Positions 13,241 to 26,035 of a stretch of DNA of 64,000 nucleotides are shown one piece after another. The notes below the pieces were generated by a model. That model was not told where the DNA came from and did not search any database. It saw only the letters and a program-made list of their open reading frames with translations. Position numbers and translations under genes: made by a program. Numbering within the stretch: the first letter of the stretch is position 1; the number at the start of each line of letters is the position of its first letter. Origin of the DNA: Paraspadella gotoi (Eukaryota > Animalia > Chaetognatha). Where the stretch lies: contig CM119263.1 in NCBI GenBank assembly GCA_051294375.1, forward strand, positions 2,550,182 to 2,614,181. Reading direction: 5' to 3'.

Positions 13241-16200
13241 TTGTCGTCGGCGTCTTCATCGCTCTCGCTCTCCTCTATCGCCTTTCTGCGTAATTCAATA
13301 GCGCGGTCCATGATCGCTTGAACGTCGAGTCCTCCGATCGCGCCTGGGCCTGGACGCAGAAAACAAGTTTATCAGTCAGACCCGATCCAATCGAGGATTT
13401 TAAAACCGGCAAGTGAAACTAGGGACAAAATACAACAGCAACTGGCTCAGTTAACCTGGAGGTCGGGCAGCTTGTCTACGAGCCGCCTCTTCTTCCTTCG
13501 CTTCCACGCGTTTCAACTGGATTCCTGTCAGAAAATATTAATGTGTAATTTTCAGTAGAGATAATTTCAAATTAAGAAAAGAAAATAAAAAAACAATTTG
13601 GCATAAACAATGTAATTATAATGAGCATCGTACCTTTTTTGATGGCCTCGAGCAAGTCGCTCCTGGCATCGACATTGGCCCCGCCCTGCGCCGCGGCCGA
13701 AACCTCTTTCAATCCGGCCCTGGCGTGCTCGATCTGCATCTGCATGCTGAGCGACGTCGAGGTCGACGACTGCGATGAGATTGACGCCGTTTCTGACGCC
13801 GCGCCTACAAAGAAAAATATGAGTAGGATTAGCTAAAGGTGAAATCGGCGTTAAGAAAAACTGAGTGAGAGTAATTTTTCCCGCCAAACTTTTGACAAAC
13901 TTTTGACAATTTTAATATCAAAATTTCGAAGAAAAAAAGATACGGGCGGCGTCTTGGAAAAGCTACACAAGTTCAGGGGTCTGATAACTCTTGCGTCATG
14001 ACTTAAAATGAGCTTAAAATGCCCGTAAAAGATGGAGCACAGTTAGGTTTGCTGCCCATAAGCTTTTGGAGTACTTCTAAAAAAATTTTGGCAGAAGGCA
14101 TCTTTTTTGAACGAAATTTTAAATGTTTCGGACGCTTAAATTACAGCATGGATTTTACTTTATTTTATACATATAAGACCCCTTATGGTTGCTCATATGA
14201 TGATAAAATATCAAAAAAATCCTTTGGATAATAAAGTTTAATTTGCATAAAGTAGTGAATTTTACAATTATCTCCTAATTGTTTTTATTCATTTATATTT
14301 TTAAAAAACATACTAGATAGTAAACTGGCATAATTTGGTCAACTGGCGTAATTCGGTTAATCAATCAATCAATCAGACAGATAGAGAGAGAGAAACTTTT
14401 AAAAATTCAAATAAATGTTTCTTTTGATTTTCTTTTTTAAACTAGTTTCCACTTGGACGATTCCATCGAAACTTTATATCTAGCTTAATCACATACTTTC
14501 CTACCCACACCCACACATTTATCTATCCAATTTTTAATAAATATAATTATTATGAATAAATATAAATAAAATATGACTTTTGTTTTTTTCCATTTAAACT
14601 CATTTCCACTCGCACGATTCCATCCAAATTTTATATCCAGCTCAATCACACACTTTCCTACTCACAAACAAAATTTCATTCCAATCTAACCATCCAATCA
14701 CGAGTAATTGGGGTTTAATGCTAAGGGGGAACGGACAGACGGACATCGTTTTTTTGTTGCTTAATTTATCATATTTCTATGTTCTGATATGATTTAGGCG
14801 ATTGCCCGACAACCTTTTATGGTGGAACCGACGGACCGACAAAGTGGATTATAGAGTCGGAATCTTCTGATAAACAGATCCGACTAAAAAACGGTTCGGT
14901 AAAATGAGATTAAAAAAATAGGTATGAGGTTCAAATGAAAAGAAAGATTTAAATAAACTTCTGGCTTTCTCAATTTTTATGACAATTTTATAAAAAAAAG
15001 CAACTACGCGATAACAAATTAATTACCATAGACAATACACAAAGCGCGAGGAAAGGTTTGAGAGATATATATTAATTCGAAAGTCACACAACCTGCAACG
15101 AGTGGGTTGATCGGGGGTGCTGGCGGCGGCGGTGGCGGCGGAGGCGGGGGTGGCGGCGGCGCTCCCGGTATTTTCGATTTGGCGGAGCCGACTGGCGGCG
15201 GGGGGAAGTCGTGAGCGTCGCCGTTGGGCTGTGAGAGTTGTTGCGGCGGCGGAGGCGGCGGGAGTTCGTCGTGCGTCGACGCGCCTCCCGGAGTAAGATT
15301 GTTGACGATCGGCGGAGGCGGCGGCGGCGTATAGGGTCTATGCGAAGCCAGCTTGGCGTCGACGGTGTCGCCTTTGCCGTTGGCCGGAGGAGGGGGCGGC
15401 GGAGGCAGTTCGTCCCTGCCGGTACAGCTTCTCGGCCGCGCGGGCGATCCTCCATTGTAAGACTTGAGCTGCGCCGCGTGAGCTGGGGAGCCGCTTCGAC
15501 CCCCTCCCTGGGAGCCGTAGGGGGCGTGGGGGTGTTTGACGGGGCTTCCACTGGGTGGGGGTGCAGGAGGCGGAGCAGAAGGCCGAGCAGCGGGACTCCC
15601 GCCACCGCCGCCCTGTCCCGTGAGGGAGCGCTGCCTCTCGCGAGGCAAGGCCGAAGTGGGAGTCGCCGATCGATTGTCTGTGGATCCGTAGTGAACCGGG
15701 GAAGAAGAGTTGGTTTGATTGTGTAGAACGCCGTTCTGCAGATGAGACGAGAAAGGCGCCCGCGTGATGGGAACTCCCGGGCCGGCGCCGACATCGCCGC
15801 CGGGCCCGTTGACGGCGGAGGGATGGCCCACAATTCCTCCGGGCCCGCTCCCGCCCAAAGACATTTCCAGGGAGTTGGGTCTGGGGGCATTGTGGAGTGC
15901 ATCTTCGGCGGACTTGCTTCCGGGGTGCGAAGGGGGCAGAGCAACGCGGGAGGCGGGAGCGCCTCCCTTTGACTGAAACTCCACACCTTGCTTCATGGAT
16001 TCCCATTCATCCTTCTTGGATTTTGGACGCTTAATCTTGTCGCCCTGCTTGTTGCGCTCCTTCGCAACCTAAAAAGGAAAGAGTTTGATTAAAAACGACT
16101 GGACAAAAGAGAAGCCGATGTGATAAAAATCGAAAAACCGGGTGAATAATGAAACAGAAAATTTTATTAGAAAAACAGATTTGATGGAAGTTATCGCGAA

Positions 16201-17665
16201 TATTAATTAGTTTATCCGTTTTATTGCAATTGACGCAACGTAAATCCGTTAAACATCAGTCAGTCAAATCGAATGGAACAAGAAAGTTGTAAAATCTTTG
16301 TACACTAAGAAATATTATCAGGTACGTAAATCTTATTGTGTTTTAGTAAAAGTAAAAATTTTGAGCGAATTCACAACTTGTAATAGATTTCAATAGAGCA
16401 CAAAGTTAAAACTGTTCCATTTGTCTAGAATTAGACATCTGTAAACAAATCAAAAATGAAAACACTACAAAACAAAAATTCCCGCAAGGCAAAATTTTAA
16501 AATAAATTTTCCTATAATAAAGACTTCATGATTGAATTAAAAAACAAATATATTTTTGGCATCATTTTTTCATGCGCCTATCAACAGTTCAAACCAATCA
16601 AAATTAACAAAGGATTATAAAGGTTGGTATTGTATATTCGCCACCTCCCTTTAAGTACTGTAAACTTACTTAATTTAAAAACAATTAGAGCTAATTCAAA
16701 TTCTATTCACTTTATAAACATTTTAGAACACTAACAATAATAATAAACAGCACTTTTAAAAAGAGGGGTGGCACAAAAGTGGCGATCCTAGCAGATCGTC
16801 TCAGAGCCTTTACGAACAGCATTTCTCACTTACAGGAAGAATTTCACTTAAATGAAAGTCGTTTTGGTTAAAATCCCAGTCTTCCTAAAATTGATACATT
16901 TAGAAATGTACTGGAATTGTTTTAACTTAAGCTTGTACAAACTTATTATTTTAGCTACTTTGTTGTTTGGTAATTATGATTATTTCTCTCACCTTCTTTT
17001 TGTTCCTTTGCTTTTTCATGTTTTCGACCACATCTTTTTCCATCTCTTGGTACCAGAGTTCGAAAAAATAGAATGGGTCCGTGTAAAACTTGAGTCCGTC
17101 CTTTCCATCTTGCCTGAGAAAAAGAAATTACAAGAAATATCACAAATAGTGCACAAAAAATATGTACATACGAAAAAAATTACTTAGTCTAAAACTTAGA
17201 TCCTACTTTTTAATTCCCAAGGTCAGCGTCGGTATATTATATTATAATACCTGTAGGGGTTGAGTTTATCCAATGCGGGAGGAGCGTCGATACTCAAATA
17301 CTTTTCCCTCATAGCAGTGGGAAGTGTCTCTCGCTTGACGACCTGTTGGTCCGGAGCCGAACCGCTTTTGAAGGGTTTTCGCATCGTGATGTCTTGGAGG
17401 GAGACTGAATCAAAAATAAAATAAAAACATTAACGACGATTCGCTATTAACGTAGAACTCGCAATAAGGATCGTTGCAATCGCAAAGGAAATAACTGGAC
17501 CCATGACAAATTTGGGTACAAAAACAGGATTTAAACATAACAAACATGGCTTAATATAAGAATAAAATATAAGATAAATAAATATACAACTATAAATAAA
17601 AGGGAAAAAAAGAGAAAGAATGAAGGGAAAAGAAAATGCGAAATAAAAGAGAGAAAGTTAAAGAG

Positions 17666-17709
<44 letters not shown>

Positions 17710-18899
17710 CAAAACTTTCAGTTCAGCCGCTGCAGAGCTCAACTCGTATTTGCACCAATTTTTTTTTTTTTGCACCAATTAAGCAGCAATTAAGCAGCAA
17801 CTAAGAAAAAGAAATAAAATGTCTTTTCTATACTATAAACTAATTTTCATATTAAAAAAATCATTATTTATAAAATATAAACAAATAACGTTTGGTGTAT
17901 GACCTCATCAGTTTTAAAGGGCTTTGATGATGAGAATATGCATTTAAATTTTCAGCTTCAAACAATTACAAATAATATTAACAAATCTTAAAAGCATAAG
18001 GATCGTCGCAATCGCATAAGAAAAATCTAGATTGATGACAAATTTTGATACTAAAAAAAAGAAAATTTGATAAAAGAAAATTTATTTTATAAACCGAGGA
18101 AAAAAAAGAAAGAAAAAAAAATTTTTATTGACAAAAAAAAATGGTCAGTAGCTGTATATAAATTTTCAGCTTCATACACCCAAATTTAATCATGAAAAAG
18201 GCGATCTATAATTTGGAACGCCGACGACGACGACGCCACTTATGCGCAAAGCGATTGCGACGATAAAAACGCTGCCGACGACGATTACGCCATTTATGGG
18301 GACCATCGTCCCATAATCGTTACAAGTGATAAATACGATAAATAAAATGAAGGAAACGATATATAATTATAAAAAAAGTTTTAGCTAATAAATATTAAAA
18401 AACTATCAGATTCATTATGAAATTATCAATTTCGAAAGTTCTTGATGATGAGAAGCTAAATTAAATTATCAGCTTCATACAATAGAACACTTTTTCTAAA
18501 AAGGCAATCTATAATGTAGCTAATTTCATTTATAAATTTGGGACGACGGTGACGACCTATATTCGGACCAACGACCCAAAATCATCGCAAGCGATTGCGA
18601 TAATAAAAATGATAACCAACTCTCGCCGAACCTTCTTCGCCCGTGGAATCGAGCTGAGTGACTTTGACCCTCAACGTGTCGATCCGATGCTGCAGGGTGT
18701 TTGCTCGATCGTAAAACTTGGTCGCCTCGGTGGAGAGTTCCGAGAAAATGTCCTCGGCGTGATGGGAGAGAGAAGCTAACTGGCGGATGATGTTGGCGAG
18801 GGAGGCGTTGGTCACGTACTCCAGCTCATTCTGGACTCCCTGGGCAACGGGGACCCGAGACACGTGCACGGGCTCGATCTCTCGTTTGACTAGAGGCAT
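13213..18899 (-). CDS. WASF: WAVE/SCAR (WASP-family) Arp2/3 activator
   Basis: WHD N-terminus [47 protein letters not shown]; [13 protein letters not shown]; [23 protein letters not shown]; long Pro-rich exon 15092-16067; WH2 [20 protein letters not shown]; C/A region [38 protein letters not shown]. Confidence 0.95.
14440..14890 (+). mobile_element. Non-autonomous interspersed repeat (Helentron/DINE-like), copy A, in a WAVE intron
   Basis: Internal ~65-bp duplicated core (14446 and 14603), ggacagacggac microsatellite, terminal hairpin agtcggaatct...agatccgact followed by an A-run. An inverted homologue lies at ~30465-30700. Family assignment is inferred. Confidence 0.6.
17460..18605. mobile_element. 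Cluster of MITE-like repeat fragments in a WAVE intron
   Basis: Direct repeat ataaggatcgt(t/c)gcaatcgca at ~17464 and ~17996; inverted termini tcgtcgcaatcgc (18003) / gcgattgcgacga (18251); three copies of aaattttcagcttca; inverted homologue at ~31225-31350. Confidence 0.6.
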
Positions 18900-19481
18900 G
18901 GCGTCGCTTGGGGGGCGGCGGCGAAGTTTCTCGATGGGTCGATCGCGCGGAAATCAGGTCAACGTCATTGGAACGACCATTGCGAGGATGGTCACTCGCT
19001 AGATTGGATCCATGAAATTGAAAACATCTAAAGCAAATGTCAAGAGAATTATGGGGTTATAAAGAATCGATACAAACTGAATAGCTAATTTCTTAACTCA
19101 TTGTAATTAACAAAAGAAATCTTTGCAAACATATTACACGAACGTTATTTTTTCAGTAAAAATCAAACGCTCAATAGCTGAAGCTCATGAACTAGTAACA
19201 AATTTATTGCAGATTTCGAACTTCATAATGTGGTATATCTTTTACAATCAATTAAAGGTTGGGACGACCGGCCTCGGTGGATTTTTTCTGATAAGTTCCG
19301 TATAATGCAAAATTTATTTATCATCATGAGAAATTTTACAAAGTTAAACAATGGGCAACACAATTTCCTTAACAGAAATTCAAAAAACGGACTCCGACAA
19401 CTGCAAAACGCATAATAAGAAAGATTAAAAGATTCAAAATGTCGCTTTCTCTTTTTATTTTATTTGTTTTGAATATGTTTT

Positions 19482-19492
19482 TGCGCATGCGC
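19482..19492. promoter_or_regulatory. NRF1/Ewg-type motif TGCGCATGCGC upstream of WAVE
   Basis: Near-consensus match in AT-rich DNA, ~580 bp upstream of the WAVE ATG. Confidence 0.5.
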
Positions 19493-20019
19493 CGAGAAAT
19501 GAAATGCTGACTTCATCATTGGATAATCACAAATTATGTTAATGCAAGATCACCGACTTAACTTGGCCAAGTTTGATGTAATCCATTGCTTCGACTTGTC
19601 TTGAATCAGACCTTGCTAGTTGCTAATCTTTAAAGAACAAAAGAACATTATACATATCTTGCTAAGAGATATTTTATTAAAACGTCATTCTGTTGGTAGA
19701 AATGAACAACTGTATACCAAGAAAAAAACGGTCAAGTAGCTAGCTTTTCTGAAATTTTTAAGAATTCCTGAGCCTATTGTAATCGGCTAGACCAGAAAAA
19801 GTTGAAGTCGAATTCAAACAAACTTTAATAAAATATCTCACAATTAAAACGAGCCCCTAGAAGAAGTTCATCTATGACTACTTGGCACGGAAAAAAACCG
19901 AACTTTGGTAATTGGTATACAGGATCCCATTCAAAAAGACTTAATATATAATGGGGGAAAATCGCGTAAAATAGTTGAGCGAGAGAATGCGAGAAAGAGC
20001 GTCATCAAATTAGAGTCGT

Positions 20020-20029
20020 GTCACGTGAC
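20020..20029. promoter_or_regulatory. Palindromic E-box GTCACGTGAC (USF/TFE-type)
   Basis: Exact motif in intergenic DNA. The related TCACGTGA occurs at 28178 and 38269. Confidence 0.4.
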
Positions 20030-20121
20030 TGGCATGAAAATTAGACTAGTACAAAATTTTTTATACCTGGCTTCAATGAGAATAAAACTGACGTTATTTT
20101 TAGCAATATCAAGTTAAAAAG

Positions 20122-20160
20122 ATTAGGAGCTCAGCTCTATAATAAAGCTGAGCTCCTAAT
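20122..20160. repeat. Perfect 15-bp inverted repeat with 9-nt loop
   Basis: attaggagctcagct-ctataataa-agctgagctcctaat. Confidence 0.9.
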
Positions 20161-20574
20161 AAATAAGAAAAATTAAAACCTAATTCAACTCATAGAAACA
20201 AAGATTGAAAACAGGAAAAAAAATTGTTTAAAGTTTCTACCTTCAGTTGTCAGGTTGTATCACCCATAATCAAAGCAAACAAACTAACAAAATTAATTGA
20301 TGTATTTTAAGACACCTTAGATAAAAAAAAATCAAATCTACTACAAGCTCCTAGTGATTTTTAGGCAATATATTGGTTGTACCAATTTCATGACATCTTA
20401 TAATTCGCAAAAGAATAGTTTTTCTCCAAGTGTGTTTTGTGTGTATAAAAAGACCAGTAGGAAAGATGAGTGAACGAATAGGATGTAAAATGTACATAGT
20501 ACAACGTACACTAGGTTTTATTATAGTTGATGACTCTCTTTTTAAATTTAATCTCACCATCGTTTCTCAAATCC

Positions 20575-20955
20575 TTACGGAACGTTAGCATACGTTCTGT
20601 CCCGGTATAAATCTCCCGGCTGCCCGCGACCCGGATATGGTGGAGGCCCCTCTTCTTCTCCAGCTGGGGCCGAAAACTGAGGATGTCCAAACTTTTGAAA
20701 GACTTCATGGAGATGGTCAGCATACACAATTAATGATAAAAGAAGCCCAATAACTCCAATTAAAAGGAAGAAGGTCACTAATGGACTATTGATGGATGGA
20801 TGGCGCAGCATGTACGTTGGGTACATACAGTTTTCCACAAAAGCGATAAAAGTCAGAAAACCACTCGCTATTAAGATGCTTCTTCTGTTGCCTTGAAGAG
20901 CAAAATAAGCTTTTTCGAAGCAACTTCCACAAGTGTCATCGAATTGTTGGTCCAT
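20575..20955 (-). CDS. Uncharacterised 126-aa two-TM membrane protein with a PPxY motif
   Basis: The ATG at 20955 follows a 5' UTR intron (gtgagt at 21060 ... ttccag at ~20998). Two hydrophobic segments (SILIASGFLTFIAFV; LVTFFLLIGVIGLLLSLIVY) and a tail containing EEEGPPPYP. Confidence 0.6.
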   Translation of the reverse strand: MDQQFDDTCGSCFEKAYFALQGNRRSILIASGFLTFIAFVENCMYPTYMLRHPSINSPLVTFFLLIGVIGLLLSLIVYADHLHEVFQKFGHPQFSAPAGEEEGPPPYPGRGQPGDLYRDRTYANVP

Positions 20956-22046
20956 TTTGTAAGCAAATTTTTTAAAACAATTTATCAACCGTTGAGCTGG
21001 AACATATAGCAGTCTGTTATTTGCAACTCGCCTGTAATTTAATTCTTTAAATATACTCACTTGTTGTTTCAATCTTCACTCAAGATAACATCAGTGACGC
21101 ATTTCGAAAAAATCTTTTTTTTATGTTTAACTGAGAAAATCTGATTGTAACGCATCTGCTCGAAGTACATTTCAGCCAAAATCGAACGCAGACAATGCTC
21201 AGTTGAGGCAGAGCCGCTTCAAAGTTGCTGAACTCGAGCACTGGTTTCGACTGAAACTTTTTCTTCGATCCTCCAACTTCACAAACGAATCGATGCATAT
21301 CTTCCTTGTATTTCATGGAAGATTATCCTCGCTTGATATTTTAGAGATTTAGCTAAGCTTAGCAAAATAGAGTATCACCGAGCTAGACAGATTTATTGGT
21401 ACAGGTGTAGTTTCACCTTCTATTTCCAGAAGACAACACTAACGTCCCCCTCCCAAACAGAGAAATAATATTATACTTAAATATTTAAAACTAAATATTT
21501 CTCTACTAAATATTTAAAACAAAAAATATTACAAATAAAATCTTAAATAATTTTATCTAAAAAAATTAAAAATTGAAACAAGTAATTTTGAAATTTTCAT
21601 ATTTAATTTCCAGAGGATTACTGACTTAACTATAATTGATTAATCCTTTCGGCTTTCCAGAAATTTGAGAAAAAATTACGCTGCCTCTATCCATTTCAAA
21701 AATTTTATTAACTTAGCAGTTCTTAAAATAATTCCATATAAATTCCTTACCGAATACTGAAATACATTAATTTAAGACATCTCAATTATAAATCTCATGT
21801 TATTAAAACTTAAGCAATAACCTGTTACGTTTGTACTTACTCTATTTTAGCTACAAAAGAAAAATACACTGCTCATCTTACAGTTACGAGTATAATTAAT
21901 CTTAATTTAAAAATTCTAGCAAAATATTAACATCATCTTGTTATTAATTTAGTTTGTTAAGAAATAACCATGTATATTTTTAAAAATGTATTCTACAATA
22001 ATGCAAACAAATTCATTTTATTTGACAAATTTTACCACCGATGCCA

Positions 22047-25000
22047 TTAACGTCTCGACGACGGTGATCTGAAAAAAGAAATTGGAATTGAATTACTTAT
22101 TCTCCAATCTCCAAGTCTAATATTTTAGCATGGCAAAATCTAATAAGTACAAATTATACTTTTCAAGACAGTAATTTTTGTCATAGTTTTAACTTTTCAT
22201 ATTATAAAATATTTTTTAATATTACATCGGAATCAAAACATCTAAATGAAGACGACTTTCAAAAGTCCAAAAACTTCTCCCAATAAAAAGAAAAACATTA
22301 AGACGAAAACCAAGTACCTTGAGCGTCTTGGGGAGGAGGAATGCGACCGTTTCCTGCTTTTCTTCTTCTTTCCTTTTGACTTATGACCGGATTTCTTTCC
22401 TTTCCGACTCTTTCTCGGTTCTTCGTCCTTCGTTGACTCCGATGACGAACCCGAGTTATTGTCCTCGGATTCGCTGTAAACCCGCGTCGAATGCTTGCCG
22501 TTTGCTTTGCTAGAAGAATGATTATTTTTACTAAGTGGCGCGGGTTTTTCTTCCTTCGAATCTGATTTCAGTCGAAGCCTATCGGGCGTTGGAGAACGAC
22601 GTCTTCTCTCCGGAGAAGGAGAACGTCTTCTGCTGGAAGAGGGAGAACGACTCATCTCGGGAGTGGGAGAACGACGCCTGCTGCGAGAGAAATTACGCCT
22701 TTTCTCTGGGGTTTTCGAGCGACGTCTATCGGGTGTGGGTGAACGACGGCGTCTTCTATCAGGAGAGGGAGAGTGACGACGATTGCTTTCATCAGTGGAA
22801 GTACGGCGCCATCTTCTTACAGGCGAGGGAGAATTACGACGCCGCCTATCTGGGGTAGGCGAATGTCGCCGACGTCTTTCGGGAGTCGGTGAACGATGTC
22901 GACGCCTACTCGGAGTAGGTGAACGACGCCGCCTTCTTTCGGGGGTTGGAGAACGATGCCTCCTGGAGGGTGAAGGAGAACGTCTCCTATCATTAACAGG
23001 AGAACGCCTTTTGGTATCTGGGGTTATAGAACGCCGCCGTCTTTCGGTTGATACTGAACGCCTCCTCGGTGAAGAAGAAAGCTTGGGATCAGGAGAGGGA
23101 GAACGACGTCTTTTAACTGCGATGGGAGAGTGTTTCGGTTCGGGAGTCAAGGAGCGCTTCTTTTTCTTGGGAGCAAGAGAGCGCTGCCTTTTCTCCCGAG
23201 AAGGAGAGCGCTGCTTTTTCTCCCGAGAAGGAGAGCGCTGCCTTTTTTCCCGAGAAGGAGAGCGCTGCTTTTTCTCCCGAGAAGGAGAGTGCTGCCTTTT
23301 CTCCCGAGAAGGAGAGCGCTGCTTTTTCTCCCGAGAAGGAGAGCGCTGCTTTTTCTCCCGAGAAGGAGAGCGCTGCTTTTTCTCCCGAGAAGGAGAGCGC
23401 TGCTTTTTTTCATGAACTGGAGAATTCTGCTTCTTTTCATGAGATAGGGAGCGAAGTTTTTTCTCACGAGACAAAGAGCGCCGTTTCTTTTCAGGTACCG
23501 GAGATTTTCTTTCCGGGGTGGGAGAATGCCGGTTTTTCTCACGAGACAGCGAACGATGATGCTTTATCGCTACAGTTGGGGAACGGTCCCTTTCTGGCGG
23601 ACTAATAGAAGCCGGCTTTTTCTCAGGCAAGGGAGATCGAGATTTTTTCTCAGAGGATTTACGTCGGTCTCTGACTGGAATGGGAGAGTGATCTTTTCTC
23701 AATCGATGGGTCTCTGAAGAGTTGCTAACACGACGTTCACGTGAATCCCCGCCAGAGGATTCTTTCTGTCTGTTTCGCTTATCTTCTCTACCGTTCCTAG
23801 ATTCGCTTTCTTCAACCTCCAAACCGTTTCGAAAATTCTCGCGATCTTTATAATCTGAGAGAAAAACCACAAAAATTTTGAAAAACTCTTCCAAAAAAAA
23901 GGGGGGAAATCGCGGGAACGTCATATTGATATACTTACCACCGTTCTTTGATTCAAATTCAGAAACTTGTTTAGCTGCATTGGATCCGGAGATCTCCCTC
24001 TCAGACAGTGCACTGACCCTATGGTCCCGCTTTTCTTCCGAATTTCGCCTCCACGGGTTTTCCTCCTGCGAGTCCTTCTTGCGACGGGCGGCCAGGTCCA
24101 ACTCCTCGTCGGAATCGGGCGGGGATGAGCGGCTGGAGGAAGAGGAAGATGAGCTGGAGGCGGCGTCCTCGGCGTCGCTGCCCGATTCGTAGGTGACGAG
24201 GCCTGAAGAAATATTAAAATCATTTCTTTTTTAATTTTTTAAAAACAGTTACTATTTAAGGAAGATTTATAATAAATAGTCAATCAGAACTACTTTTATT
24301 TAAAAAATGAGATTGATAACAATATATCACAAACTGACAGAGCCAAAATAAAAATAATTAATTTTTCTTGCAATACTGTACTTCAACTTATTATCTTTCA
24401 AAATATACAATCCTTAAACAAATTAGTATTTTAGGATAGACAGTCTCCTTCCAATATTAAAATCTTAACGGTACTATAGACTGATCGCGGAGCAAGTAGA
24501 TGCTTACCCGACATCCCCGCATTCGACCGGGAAGTCAAGGTAGATGTTTGTTTGCCTTTAGACTGAAGTTTCGCTGCGGAATATTAACGAGGGAAAGTTG
24601 ACACCGACGAGAGGCCGAGACGAAGATGGAACGGAAGAAGTTCTTTGGGCACAAAGGGACCAAAGGCTTTCAACCGACATCCACGAGACGACGCGTCATA
24701 CACACCTTCTTTGAGTTTTTCTCTCGAAAATACCTCCTCGGCGATGGAGCGCATTTCGGAGTCGGTGACATCGAGAAGGATCTCGGTCAACATCCTGCGG
24801 ACTCTCAATGCCTGAATGCCGCAAATGACGAGCGTCAATATTTTCTCTTTTTTTTTTAATAAATCTCACTATTAACCCTACAACAACCTGGAAATAACTA
24901 AAAAATAAAAAGGGTGGGTAAACTTCCTACCGAAATGTCTTCCTTACCAACTCTTCCTCGGTGACGGCTTCGATGTCTCCCTCGCTTCCCGCCTCCTCCT

Positions 25001-26035
25001 CCTCGGACTCGACCCCTTCGTCGGCCTCGGCTCGAGTTTCTCGTCCGCGATCTCGGTCCAAAGGCGGCGTCGTCGTCGTCGTCGTTTTCTTTGGTTCTTC
25101 TTCAGAGTCGAAGCGACTCTTTCTTTTCTTCGCCTTCTCCTTCTCTTGCCGAATTTCCTCTTCAATTTTCTTCTCTTCTTCCATCCTCTTCCTCTTCTCC
25201 TCCACGTATTCCTTCAACTTCTTCTCCCGCTCTTCCTTCTTTGCCTTCTCTTTGTCCATTTTCTCGAGTCCGTCGCGGATCCAAGCGGGGAGAGACTTTC
25301 GACGAGCCGCTTCTGCTTTCGGGGGAAATAAATCAAATATAGAAACTCGACCGAGGAGCTTCGATCTTCAATGGAAGTCGAAGAGATAAGAGCACAATTG
25401 AAACAGTATTCAATTTTACCAATGGCGGCGGCGTTGGCCTCCGCTGCTTGGTTGACATTCTCCGCCGGTTCCGGCTCCATCTCCTCTTCCTCTTCATCCT
25501 CCAGTTCCATCGCGACCGGCGCCACAGAGTCGGACATTTCCACGGATCCGTCTCCACTTTGTGACGAGTCGTGATAGTCGTAGTCGACGGTTTCCGCGAC
25601 TGAAAGGAAAGTGTGGAGGGTCATCAATTCCTTGCAGACCAGATTTCCTAATCGAATCAAATCTACCGGCGTTGTTTGGAGGTCTGTTGTAATCGCCATG
25701 AGGTACCGGAGGATGCCACCAACTCGAGCGTTGAGAATACTGCTAAAATATTTGCCTTTTAAAGCATCTAATATTTTCAGAATTAAATCAGATTTTCGGA
25801 AACGCACGTGGCTAAATTCCCGTTGTGACGGCGGAGCCGCTGAAGATGCTGCTGGTGGTGCTGGGGGCGCTGGGAGCGGCGCTGACGGCGTTGCTGGGGC
25901 TACAGTCGGTGGAAGGTCAACCTTATTAGCAATCCACTGCTTCGCCAAAGCGGCCCAGTCAACCTCCGCCGAAGGCACGTTGGCATAATCGCGTGGGTTT
26001 AACGACCATTGCTGTTGTTGTTGTTGTTGCCACAT
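22047..26035 (-). CDS. PNISR: PNISR (SFRS18/SRrp130) Arg/Ser-rich protein
   Basis: MWQ...WSLN...VDWAALAKQWIA; RRKSLPAWIRDGLEKMDKEK; RRMLTEILLDVTDSEM; long RS/RSP domain; short last exon ending SPSSRR*. Confidence 0.9.
23178..23410. repeat. Coding minisatellite, ~8 x 27 bp, encoding RSPSREK(K/R)Q
   Basis: Unit gaaggagagcgctgctttttctcccga repeated nearly perfectly. Confidence 0.92.

Noticed and set aside
15084-16006. Alternative-frame and antisense ORFs over WAVE (also PNISR, NELF-A, SECISBP2)
   Set aside because: Expected shadows of GC-rich coding exons.
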